DNA from: Macrostomum lignano
Lineage: Eukaryota
Length of the DNA stretch: 64,000 nucleotides
Assembly: GCA_002269645.1 (NCBI GenBank)
Contig: NIVC01002640.1
Coordinates: 89,761 to 153,760 of the forward strand
Direction: 5' to 3'
Shown here: positions 12,164 to 22,424 of the stretch, in pieces
Layout: every line of letters starts with the position of its first letter
Numbering within the stretch: position 1 is the stretch's first letter
Translations under genes and position numbers: made by a program
The notes under the pieces: model-generated
Seen by the model: the letters and a program-made list of their open reading frames with translations, nothing else
Told to the model about the DNA's origin: nothing
The model's database searches: none

Positions 12164-14227
12164 TTAACCTCTACGCGACGGGTGGGGTTTAGCATCACCC
12201 CTGTTGCCGACGGCTGTCCCGAAATCGGGACATAGACTATTGAACAGTCGCTAAAGTCGCTGCTGCAGCACCCCCTTTCCCGCCGGTTTCTCTCTGTGGC
12301 GACTGTCTTAGTCATTTCTTAATTTGATCTGCACTTGTCTCTATTTACTTTTTTTTCTCTCTTTGTCCAGTTCAGTCTTGTTATTTTTATCTGTTTCCCT
12401 CGCTGCCTTCTGATTGGCTCTTCAACCTCGCCTCTTTTAGTCGCGAGTTCCATCCCCTTTTTTATTATCTGCACTCCCCCTCCTTAGTTTAATGTCTTTT
12501 AAATATATTCGTTTAGGGCCCTGTCCAATTACAATTAAATAGCCTCTCTTATTTTTCCTGCACTTTCACTCTAACTATATATTTACTGTCTCACTGGCTG
12601 CTGCGCTTACTCGCGTTGTTATTGCCATGGAATCTGAAAACGAATACGCAGCCATTTTCACTGATGACGACTCGCTGGAGTCGCTAGATAGAATCGAGGA
12701 CGAGTTGATGGAGGAAGAAGGCGAAGAATAAGAAGAAGAAGAAGAAGGCATGCAGACAGAGGAAGTTGGTGATGTACCAGAGTGGCACTTTGTTCAGACT
12801 GGAATGGATGCTGTGCCGAATGAAGCCGAGTTTCTGGGAACACCAGGGGTTCACCCAGATTGGAGGCCTCAAGCTTCAGCTGATGGAAACGAAGAGGAGT
12901 TTCTGCGTCTCTACCTCACTGATGGAATCATTGCAAGCGTGAAAACCTGGACGAATCGTAGGGCGTGGAAGATATTCAAGGAGTGCGCTGACGAAGAGCA
13001 GTTGCCGAAGCTGGTAAAGAACTGGAGAGATTGTACAGATGATGAGGTGAGGAAGCTGTTCTGTTGATGGGCCTGGACAAAAAGCCGGAGATCAGCAGCT
13101 ACTGGAGCCAGGACCCTGTTTTCCATTGCTCCTTTCTGTCCATGCCCAATGCCCTCCCGAGAGATAGGTTCAAGTAGCTGCTTTCCTGCCTTCGTTTCTA
13201 CGACTGCACGGATGTCCAGGAAGGGCCCTTGGCCAAGATCCAGCGGACAGGAAGAGCAGCGGAACAAAGACCGTGTATCTCCTGGACACTGCTGGGCAGG
13301 CTGCCTGTGTGAACGTGCCCCGAGTCCGTCGGGGAGGCGAGCAGCAGGTGATCGCAAAGCCAGTGACAGTGGTCACCTACTCGAAGAGTATGGGCGGCGT
13401 GGACCGTATGGATTCGGCAGCGAACCCCTACCTGGCCAGCCGGAAAACGCAGCGCTGGTTTCAGAAACTCGCGTTTTACCTGCTGCTGCTTCTGGTTCGG
13501 AACTCGTGGATCGTCTACCGCCAGCACGGAGGTACCAAGACTTTCGTGGCGTTTCTGCGCAAAGCAGTCAGCATCTTGGTGGAGGAGACTGGCAGGGGCA
13601 GGCGCCATTTCGCTGTCAGGGCAGGCCGTCCTGCAGCAGTCGGACCGGCAGGTGACGGCCCTGCAGTACAGCATTTGCCGACCAAAGCTCCATTGAACGC
13701 TGCCCATGTTCGGCCGTGCAATCAATGCCGCGTGTGCAGCGAGAACCGAATCGCGAAGAAGACAGTGTACATATGCCCTGATTGTCCGGGAGTACCAGCA
13801 CTTTGTATAGGCCAGTACTTCAGAAACTGGCACAGCCAACCGCACTGACTGTTACAGACCTTCTCGTCTTCATGTTTTTTTCTTCCACACCCTCGGTTGA
13901 CTTTGCTCTTTCCATTCCTAACCCGCTCCCTTTTTGTCCCCACCCTTGAATAAAATTTAAATATTTATGGAGTACCCTAACAAGGAGCTTTCCGTTGCTA
14001 TGGTGTCAATCCAAAATTATCTGTTCTAATCCTGTTTCTGTTCTGTTAGCACTTTCACTTATTTTAAATTAAAATAAAGCTGTGTGTCCCGTTTTTGGGA
14101 CATAGCCGTCGGCAACGGCAGTGCAGCGCAGCTGCAGTTTTGACCATAGAGCTTAGTTTTAAGTTTTCGGCTGAAGCAGAAGTGGCTGCTTGTCCCGTAT
14201 TCGGGACATCCGTCGGCTTACCGTTAA
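12164..14227 (+). mobile_element. piggyBac-like DNA transposon, internally deleted, non-autonomous
   Basis: TTAA at 12164-12167 and 14224-14227, with CGACGG at the same offset from each TTAA. Subterminal inverted repeats GCCGACGG..TGTCCC...GGGACA near 12206, 14085 and 14191; transposase remnant inside. Confidence 0.85.
12627..13848 (+). pseudogene. piggyBac transposase remnant (PGBD-like) with stops, frameshifts and a central deletion
   Basis: Acidic N-terminus, F.RLYLTD.II...K.WTN, ..YWSQDP, then a jump to YSKSMGGVDRMD...RWFQKLAF and a C-terminal cysteine-rich domain (C..CRVC...C.DC.G.PALC). The segment with the first two catalytic Asp residues is not seen. Confidence 0.85.
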
Positions 14228-14458
14228 TCCCCCCTAAGTGTTTTTATTAAGGAAAATTGCGGAGTTACCTTCGAAACACAACAACCCATAAAACATGAAA
14301 TTTCGTGATTTAAAAAAATTCAAAATCGCTCAAGCACAAGGGAAAAAGTGAAAACTGTTAAAATTTAAAATTTTAGCAATGCGCAAAGTTAGCTACTTGC
14401 AGTCGCATGTTTAGCAAAGTTTAACACGATTTTTTATTTTCAACAGCTATTGAACGCG

Positions 14459-15239
14459 TCAAAGTCCCTTGGTGATGCTCATGGAGATGATTTTGTACAC
14501 CGAGAACAGAATTCCTAGCGACAGCAATGTGGGAATTATTATGGCAGCTGCCTGGCTGCTGCCGCTCAGGTAGGTGCGCAAGTTCTGCTCCATCACAGCC
14601 TGCGAGTCTGTTGTGACTGCCGCCTCTGCTGTTGTGGTGGGTTGTGTAGTTGTTGTGGTGGGTTGTGTAGTTGTTGTGGTGGGTTGTGTAGTTGTTGTGG
14701 TGGGTTGTGTAGTTGTTGTGGTGGGTTGTGTAGTTGTTGTGGTGGGTTGTGTAGTTGTTGTGGTGGGTTGTGTAGTTGTTGTGGTGGGTGTTGTAGTTGT
14801 TGCTGTGGGTGGTGTAGTTGTTGTGGTGGGTTGTGTAGTTGTTGCTGTGGGTGTTGTAGTTGTTGTGGTGGGTGGTGTAGTTGCTGCTGTGGGTGTTGTA
14901 GTTGTTGTGGTGGGTTCTGTAGTTGTGATGGGTGTTGTGCCAGGTGTCGGGGTTGGCGTGTTAGATGTTGTCATAGCAGTGTTAACCAGCTGCAGTAGGC
15001 TGTGTGGGTGTTCCATCAGACACAGTAGCCATTGTGGTAGACACCGCAGACGCAGGTGGGTCGGTGCTCATCGCAGTGGTGGCAGAGTCTGTCTTCACGT
15101 TTGAGTCCAAAGAAGCCGAGCTGCCCGGGCCCTCAGTCTGTGTCGTCTGAGCATCGACTGTTGTGGAAGTCAACGACCTGACGGGCCTCTGTATAACCAG
15201 CAGCAGCAGCAGCAGCAGTGTGCAGAGTTCACTGCTCAT
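14459..15239 (-). CDS. Mucin-like type I membrane protein (signal peptide, Thr/Pro repeats, one TM helix, short tail); needs a 70-nt intron (14986..14917) or a 1-nt frame correction
   Basis: MSSELCTLLLLLLLVIQRPVRS signal, (TTTTTQP)n 21-bp repeats and TM AAAIIIPTLLSLGILFSVYKII. The two ORF-track halves join in frame if GTTAAC...CTACAG is spliced. Confidence 0.65.
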
Positions 15240-15429
15240 GTTTGAGGCCTTTGGGACTACTGAGTATGATCTGAACAGGATGCTGGCAGAGAAGACTAAC
15301 GCGTTACAAACGAGTGGGCCCAAGTGCTTATGTATGCGGATTGGAATTAACCAATTAACTGTGCATTGATTTGCCAAATTCAATCAAATCACGGAACTTC
15401 CATTGTCTGGAAAAAACAATAGATCAGTG

Positions 15430-15540
15430 CGTGTGGATTGGATTGGTGCTCTCATCAGATTTCCCAATGACGATTATATTGACTACATGGTTAACTGGTG
15501 TTGGCGACTCCTGTGAGATCTAGAGATCACGTGACGTCTT
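15430..15540 (-). promoter_or_regulatory. Candidate proximal promoter of the mucin-like gene (CCAAT boxes, overlapping E-box/CRE TCACGTGACGTC)
   Basis: GATTGGATTGG near 15437 and TCACGTGACGTC near 15527, 200-300 nt upstream of the ATG; motif match only. Confidence 0.3.
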
Positions 15541-15611
15541 CTCAAAGAGCAGAAGATTTATATTTATAAATTGGCTAAAAGAACCGACAGAAGAGTTCAA
15601 GAAACAGACGG

Positions 15612-16336
15612 GTGGGTGGTGTAGTTGTGGTGGTGGGTGGTGTATTTGTGATGGTGGGTGGTGTAGTTGTGGTGGTGGGTGGTGTATTTGTGATGGTGGG
15701 TGGTGTATTTGTGATGGTGGGTGATGTATTTGTGGTGGTGGGTGATGTAGTTGTGGTGGTGGGTGGTGTAGTTGTGGTGGTGGGTGGTGTATTTGTGATG
15801 GTGGGTTGTGTAGTTGTGGTGGTGGGTGGTGTATTTGTGGTGGTGGGTTGTGTAGTTGTGGTGGTGGGTGGTGTATTTGTGATGGTGGGTGGTGTAGTTG
15901 TGGTGGTGGGTGGTGTATTTGTGGTGGTGGGTGGTGTATTTGTGATGGTGGGTGGTGTAGTTGTGGTGGTGGGTGGTGTATTTGTGGTGGTGGGTTGTGT
16001 AGTTGTGGTGGTGGGTGATGTAGTTGTGGTGGTGGGTGGTGTAGTTGTGGTGGTGGGTGATGTAGTTGTGGTGGTGGGTGATGTAGTTGTGGTGGTGGGT
16101 GATGTAGTTGTGGTGGTGGGTGGTGTATTTGTGGTGGTGGGTGATGTATTTGTGGTGGTGGGTGGTGTAGCTGTGGTGGTGGGTGGTGTAGTTGTGGTGG
16201 TGGGTGATGTATTTGTGGTGGTGGGTGGTGTAGTTGTGGTGGTGGGTGATGTAGTTGTGGTGGTGGGTTGTGTATTTGTGGTGGTGGGTTGTGTAGTTGT
16301 GGTGGTGGGTGGTGTATTTGTGGTGGTGGGTGGTGT
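15612..16336. repeat. 21-bp GT-rich minisatellite (GTGGTGGTGGGTGGTGTAGTT), related to the mucin coding repeat
   Basis: Direct reading; one minus-strand frame is open and reads TTTTTPP repeats but lacks an ATG. Confidence 0.95.
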
Positions 16337-16580
16337 TTTGATGCCTACAAAGGCATCAAAACTTTCATTTTCACACTTCTATAAAGACGGCACGCACTTC
16401 CTCAAACCGATGTGGCGGTGACTCAACGAACTTCCTGCCATAGACAAAACAATTGTTGCAATTCCAGGCGTCTCTGCAGCGGCACCAGCTTCATCAAATT
16501 TCATCAAGTTTTCTGTTTCACTCAATCAGTGCAAGCCTCGGGAGGCGCCATAATTGGACATCCGCCACTCTCTATTCAGC

Positions 16581-19500
16581 ATGAGGCAAGGCACCGCCCT
16601 GCAGCCGCTGCCAACACACCGGGCCCGTCACCGCCGCTGCCTGAGCCACCTCGAGTCCCGCCTGCTGCCCCCCGCCGACGGGGCCAGTCGGGGCCTGGAG
16701 ATCCGCGTGGAATTCCTGGTGGCCAGGCCGAGGCGCCGGCGCCGGCCCAGAAGCAGCCAGATTCAGCGCCGGCAACTCATCGTGCACTCGCAGTTCCCGC
16801 TGCCGCAGGCGGACAAGCAGCCGGGGCGCAGCGAAGGCAGCAGTCTGGTGCGCCAGTTCCTGGAGGCAACCCTCGTGCAGGTGAAGACCGGCTGTCGCAC
16901 CCGCAGGCGCAGCCAAGTGCCCACCAGCGGCACGGAAAATCCATGCAAGTCGCCAGCGTCCAAGGAGGCGCAAAGAAGAATAGCAACGGCGGTTTACCCT
17001 GCGATAGCAACGCAGGCTGGCTGGCCCCGTTTTGCTGCTGAAGATGCCCAGCCGCCGGATCTTGACCAGGCGTGCTGCCACCTGGGCCAGCGTCCCGTCA
17101 TCTCCCGCTCCATCCTGGGCTCTGACCTGGCCGGCCGGTTTGCCACGCAGCACCGGCTTGTGGTGCCCGGCGCCGTCTGTGGCGAGCGCCCGCCGCAGCC
17201 GTCGCAGCAGTTCTGCCAGGCTCTGCAGCTGTCCGCTCCCCGACTGCCATCAGTCGATGAAGCCGCCGCGGTGCGACTGCCTGGCGAAGTCGTGGAGCTC
17301 AACAGCTGCGGCCTCCGCCAGATTGCCGGCCTGCCGGGGTCGACGGCAAGGCGCTGGGCCTCCCACCGGCTGCTACCCGGCCGGCCCGGATCCGCGCGCA
17401 TCGCTGCAACCTGCCGATTTGGAGCCCAGACTGTCGCCGTCGCCATCAGGTTCGGGCCGATGACGCCGGCCTTCGCCGAGATCAAGAAACCGCAGGTCAG
17501 CAAAGCTGCCGCCGCCGGCAGGCGGTTCTGCTACGCCGCCAGCCACTGCCTGCGTCTGTCGGTGCGACCGGTAGCCGATCTCGGCATCCGACGCCTCCAC
17601 CCGCTTCGTCCGGACGGCCGGCACCGCGGCGAGCTGGCGATGGCGTCCGCATCGGCCGCCACAATTCACTTCGGCAGAATCTTCACCGCCAACCCGAGCT
17701 GGCAGCTGGAGGCGCAGAAGCGTCCAGGTGGCCAAGCGGCAGTGCTTTTCTCTGGCGATGTCGGCGGAGATGCCAGCGGCTTCGATGACTCAAAGAAGGC
17801 GCCGAGCGACGCCAGCGGAGACCGGCGACTGTCCGCCGGCTCTGCCGGGCCGCGGTGGCAGGGGAACAACAGCAACACGAATGACTCGGAATCGCGCGGA
17901 AGCTCGCGCAACTCCGGCTGCTGGGACCATGTGTACCTGAAGTCTGAGAAGGAGGAGATGAGACTGGTTGAGCTGCATGACACGCAGGAGCGCTGCAGCA
18001 CCGTCAGCACCGTCATGGGCATCGTCGGCTTCAAAGCTCCAATCTTCCTGGCCGTGCCGAATCACCTACTGCCCGCCCGCGCCATCCCCGTCATCTGCGG
18101 CAACGTCATCGAGCTGGGAGACTGGGACGTGAACTGCTCGGAGCCGATGGCGCACACGGCCCAGCTCATGGCGCCTGGCTACGCCTTCTTCGAGGCCAGC
18201 GTCTGCTCCAACTACAGCGACGAGGAGGAAGTCGAGTTCCGCTTCGCCATCGTGGTGCCCGCGCCCGGCTCTGACTGCCCGGCCAAGTCGGAGCTTTTCG
18301 CCTGGGAGGGCGGCTTCGTCCGCCGGATGTCCGACTACAACAGGCATCCGGACGGCTTCCTGCTGTTCGGCCGGCCCGATCAGCTGCTCGATCCGCGTGA
18401 CCTGCTGGAGCTGCCGGCTGGCCCGCCGGCGCGGTCGAAGTCCGTCTGGCCCGGCTGGCTCACCGACGTCGGCCAGGCAATGCTACTATTGCGCCTGCGG
18501 CCGCCGCTGCTGCAGCCCGACCGGGCGAGCCTGCTTCACCGGCCACTCGGCGTGGAGCTCTCGGCCAAAGACGCCTCCGGGGCGACGCTGACGCCCAACC
18601 TGCGAGGACCTCTCCTGCTGGAGGGCGCCGAGCTGTACTCGCCGCTGCCTCCGCCTCCGCCTCCGCCTCCGCCTCCGCCTTCAACGGTGAAATCGTCGCC
18701 GCTTTCATCGCTGGACGGCGTCGAATGCTCATGTAGCTCGGACGACATGGACGACGATGGCAGCGGCATCAACTGGGTCCGGTTGGCCTCGGCCGCCAGT
18801 GCCCGGGTGGAATTCGCCCAGCAGGTGCCGCTAGGAGGCCCCGTGACCTGCCGCTTCCTGCTGCGCTTCCACGACACCGGCACAAACAGCTGCGACCGCG
18901 GCACCTGCGTGGAGGCCGTCGCCCTGCTGCCGCTGACCGTCGACCTGGCCACTCCTGAGAAGCAAACTGTGACCTGCGACCTGCTGCTGACCGCCTCATC
19001 GCAGCAGCACATCGGCCAGCTGACTGTGGACATTGGAGTGGCCCACTGCTTCCAGCACAGTCCCCTGGACCTTGCTCGCTTTGTAGATCGGTGCGGCGCG
19101 ACCGCGCCACTCCAGGACCCGGCGCCGATTCTTGTCCTGCCAATGCCAGCCACTTGGCTCCTGCCGATGGGCCCCGACACCTGGTCAGCGGCGACTGCGG
19201 CGTTTGCGGCAGTGACGCCGACCTCCAGGTACTTCGAGCTGCCTGTCGGGGTCTCACAGTCCGGCGTCCTGCGGCTTCTGCGGGCCGACGGCGCCAAGAG
19301 CAGCGGGCAGGCGCAGGACGGCGACCTCTGCCTCGCCTTCCCTCCGGACGCTCGGCTTGTGGTGCGCGTCGTCCTCGACGACTCCGCGCAGGTGAACCGG
19401 GGCGCCGACGCCCTGCTGGCCTCTCTTCTGCCAGCCTCGGAGCGCTGCGTCCTCGTGGCCGCCCACGACCTGCAGCTGTGCCTGGCGCTTAGCCTCAAGC

Positions 19501-19781
19501 AGTCGCGGCTGTCGTTGGCCTTCTTTGCCGCCAGCGTCTCCGAGGCTGCCGCGGCTCTTGACATCTGCCGGCACTTCGGCCTGCGCGCCGTGGCAGTCCC
19601 GGCCGAGCAGCTCTTTGACGATCGGCCAGATGGGCGGGCGCTGGCGGAGGCGGCGAGGGTCTGTGGAGTTGCCCTGTACGCCTACGGCGGCTGCGGGGCT
19701 GCTGACGACGCCGGCCAAGCGGCGACCTTCCACCTGGAGGGAGTCTTCGGCAGCGGCACGGTGGTGGGCACCGCGCATTGA
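16581..19781 (+). CDS. GPCPD1: Intronless GPCPD1/GDE5-like protein (unassigned N-terminal region, CBM20, C2-like region, degenerate GDPD domain), about 1066 aa
   Basis: CBM20-like VICGNVIELGDWD...VEFRF near 18040-18260. C-terminal ERCVLVAAHDLQLCLALSLKQ...AVPAEQLFDD...GVALYAYG..DD resembles the GPCPD1 GDPD C-terminal half. First ATG at 16581 (the track start is TTG). The symbol denotes family likeness only. Confidence 0.7.
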   Translation: MRQGTALQPLPTHRARHRRCLSHLESRLLPPADGASRGLEIRVEFLVARPRRRRRPRSSQIQRRQLIVHSQFPLPQADKQPGRSEGSSLVRQFLEATLVQVKTGCRTRRRSQVPTSGTENPCKSPASKEAQRRIATAVYPAIATQAGWPRFAAEDAQPPDLDQACCHLGQRPVISRSILGSDLAGRFATQHRLVVPGAVCGERPPQPSQQFCQALQLSAPRLPSVDEAAAVRLPGEVVELNSCGLRQIAGLPGSTARRWASHRLLPGRPGSARIAATCRFGAQTVAVAIRFGPMTPAFAEIKKPQVSKAAAAGRRFCYAASHCLRLSVRPVADLGIRRLHPLRPDGRHRGELAMASASAATIHFGRIFTANPSWQLEAQKRPGGQAAVLFSGDVGGDASGFDDSKKAPSDASGDRRLSAGSAGPRWQGNNSNTNDSESRGSSRNSGCWDHVYLKSEKEEMRLVELHDTQERCSTVSTVMGIVGFKAPIFLAVPNHLLPARAIPVICGNVIELGDWDVNCSEPMAHTAQLMAPGYAFFEASVCSNYSDEEEVEFRFAIVVPAPGSDCPAKSELFAWEGGFVRRMSDYNRHPDGFLLFGRPDQLLDPRDLLELPAGPPARSKSVWPGWLTDVGQAMLLLRLRPPLLQPDRASLLHRPLGVELSAKDASGATLTPNLRGPLLLEGAELYSPLPPPPPPPPPPPSTVKSSPLSSLDGVECSCSSDDMDDDGSGINWVRLASAASARVEFAQQVPLGGPVTCRFLLRFHDTGTNSCDRGTCVEAVALLPLTVDLATPEKQTVTCDLLLTASSQQHIGQLTVDIGVAHCFQHSPLDLARFVDRCGATAPLQDPAPILVLPMPATWLLPMGPDTWSAATAAFAAVTPTSRYFELPVGVSQSGVLRLLRADGAKSSGQAQDGDLCLAFPPDARLVVRVVLDDSAQVNRGADALLASLLPASERCVLVAAHDLQLCLALSLKQSRLSLAFFAASVSEAAAALDICRHFGLRAVAVPAEQLFDDRPDGRALAEAARVCGVALYAYGGCGAADDAGQAATFHLEGVFGSGTVVGTAH

Positions 19782-19984
19782 GCTCTCGAGAAACTGTTGA
19801 CTTTGATTTTGTAGGCCATTGAATGTCCCTTCGCGGTTGCCATAGAAACGCCACCGCCTGGAAAGCTTTAGGCGAACTTATTCAAATATAATTTTCCATC
19901 GAGGCGCACTAGCTGAAGGCAAAACTTTTCTGTTTGAAATCGGCTGGGCATTTTCGAGTGCTTTCGTATCAGGTAACACTGCTG

Positions 19985-20135
19985 TGCCTGTCACCTGTCA
20001 CTGGTGTACCTGTCACCTGTCACTGCTGTACCTATCACCTGTAACTGCTGTACCTGTCACCTGTCACTGGTGTACCTGTCACATGTCACTGCTGTACCTG
20101 TCACCTGTCACTGCTGTACCTGTCACCTGTCACTG
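19985..20135. repeat. Short about 22-bp tandem repeat (CCTGTCACCTGTCACTGCTGTA)
   Basis: Direct reading. Confidence 0.9.
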
Positions 20136-20564
20136 CTATCCCAGTCCCCTGTCATCTCACTCAGCCCTATCCCTCAGCCCTCCAAAACTCACAAACTCTC
20201 CATCTCATCTCTCCAGACAAATGCATAAATCAATAGAAAGATATAAAACTGCTACATCAATAGGCTTTCAAATGCGGGCTTCCAGAAACTTGCTAACGCT
20301 GCGGCTGATTCGCAGGTGCTGCGCCATGGCTTAGTCAGGTTTATTTTTAGTTTTTCACACAGTCGGAGTGTCTACTATCAGTAATATTTACAGTTGCTCA
20401 AAGTTACAATACAGTACAGTTTTTTTTCAAACCAGGTAGTGTATAACGTACTATGCGCTGTGGCGGCATAAGGCCAAAATTTAAGCAGAACAAACACCTA
20501 TTTATTTTCTTCGTTTGCATTTGGAGTAAGCATTTAGCTGGCTACGGGAAATGGGTGGGGATCT

Positions 20565-20820
20565 AAAGGCTGAGAATAGATTTGGATTGGGATCTATAGG
20601 CTGAGGATAGATTGGGATCTATAGGCTGGTAATAGATTGGGAGCTATAGGCTGAGAATGGATTGGGATCTATAGGCTGGGAATAGATTGGGATCTATAGG
20701 CTGAGAATAGATTGGGATCTATAGGCTGAGAATAGATTGGGATCTATAGGCTGGGAATAGATTGGGATCTATAGGCTGGGAATAGATTGGTATTCGGATC
20801 TATAGGCTGAGAATAGAAGG
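20565..20820. repeat. 25-bp minisatellite (GGGATCTATAGGCTGAGAATAGATT), downstream of the Hox stop codon
   Basis: Direct reading, about 9 copies. Confidence 0.92.
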
Positions 20821-20950
20821 CGAATGAAAATAACTAGGGATCTAAAAGCACAAGAAAGGATCAGGTACAGTGGCAGTTAAGTTTGTAGAGAGCAAGTGAC
20901 AGTGGAGGTCAAACAGAAGAGGTCAAGCGATATTCTGGCCATTTCGATCA

Positions 20951-21318
20951 TCAGCTGTTCCTGTTCTGCCGGCCGCCTCGCCTGCGGCGCTCCACGCAAT
21001 TTACCACCGCGGCAAGCTGTCCAGCATCCTCTTCATCTTCATCATCCTCTTCTTCGGCCTCATCTTCCGGTTTGACGCCCGGCCCGCAGGTGGTGGAAAG
21101 GTTGATGAAGCGGATCTGCTGCTTCTCCTTTTTCAACTTCATCCGGCGATTTTGGAACCAGATTTTCACCTGCCGCTCGGACAGGTCGAGCTGGTTCGAG
21201 ATCTCGATGCGCCGCCGCCTGTTCAGGTAGTTGCTGAATTTGAACTCCTTCTCCAGCTCCAGCGTCTGCTGCCGGGTGTACGTCTGCCTGCCGCGCCTGC
21301 GGTGCACCGAGTTTGGTC
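20951..21318 (-). CDS. Lox4: Central-class Hox gene (Lox4/Lox2, UbdA-type), exon 2 with homeodomain
   Basis: GTCCAG|GA CCA AAC TCG gives [26 protein letters not shown]...[22 protein letters not shown]. The GPNS linker and the QQIxxxN UbdA-like parapeptide are typical of Lox2/Lox4. Orthology within Lox2/Lox4 is not resolved. Confidence 0.9.
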
Positions 21319-21359
21319 CTGGACGGGGCGGCAAGTGCTGCGAGCTGTCACACGCTTGA

Positions 21360-21835
21360 GTAGGCCGCCCCCCTAATCCTTCAGTAGGCTGCCCCCTAAT
21401 CCTTCAGTAGGCTGCCCCTCTAATCGTTTAGTAGCCCCCCCATCCTTCAGTAGGCTGCCCCCCCCAATCCTTCAGTAGGCTGCCCCCCCCCAATCCTTCA
21501 GTAGGCTGCCCCCTAATCCTTCAGTAGGCTGCCCCTCTAATTCTTTAGTAGCCCCCTCCCCAATCCTTCCGTAGGCCGCCCCCCTAATCCTTCAGTAGGC
21601 TGCCCCCCATCCTTCAGTAGGCTGCCCCCACATCCAACTCAGTAGGCTGCCCCCATCCTTCAGTAGGCTGCCCCCCATCCTTCAGTGGGCTGCCCCCATC
21701 CTTCAGTAGGCTGCCCCCCATCCTTCAGTAGGCTGCCCCCCATCCTTCAGTAGGCTGCCCCCATCCTTCAGTAGGCTGCCCCCCATCCTTCAGTAGGCTG
21801 TCCCCCATCCTTCAGTAGGCTGCCCCCCTCCCTAA
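21360..21835. repeat. About 21-25-bp minisatellite (CCTTCAGTAGGCTGCCCCCAT) in the Hox intron
   Basis: Direct reading. Confidence 0.93.
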
Positions 21836-22424
21836 TCCTTTATTGGGCCGCATCAAATCACACCCCAAATGCCTGATACGTTTTTAAACAAGCTAGAAGC
21901 ACTCTTATGCTGCTAATATTTAGTAGTCTGTTAGGTTAGTGTTTGTAAATGATAAAAGACTCAAATTAAAAGTATTAATAGAACCATGGCATAATCTGCT
22001 ATACATTTCTCGCTGCAAGATCACTCTGTTTTGCACTAAAAACTTTTCACTTAAATTTTTCTCAGCGCGCCCCAGACGGGGAGTAAGGGCTCAGCGAATG
22101 CTAATGCGATCCAGCGGGGGTTAACTGCATGGCTCTCATTGCTGGCTTGCCTGGCACAGTTCGCCGACACTTTCGGTGCCGGGCAAAAACAGAGGGTGGA
22201 ATTGAGACCGGCTTAACATCTGGCTGTCTCTGTTCTGTCTCCTCACTGTGCTCCGGCTTGACTGCAGGTCTAGAAGAGGGCTCTGCATGGTCTGGGCTGA
22301 ATTAATTAGCAAATTATGCGGAAAACCTTGACAAAAATTCTATTCTGCGTCAAATGCATTAGTGTGAAAGCAGGGAACTCTATAGGCTCAATTAACCTCG
22401 ATGCTGGCAAAGGGAAGGCAGGGG

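Noticed and set aside
16572-19854. Numerous overlapping antisense and alternate-frame ORFs across the GPCPD1-like gene
   Set aside because: Typical shadow ORFs of GC-rich coding DNA.
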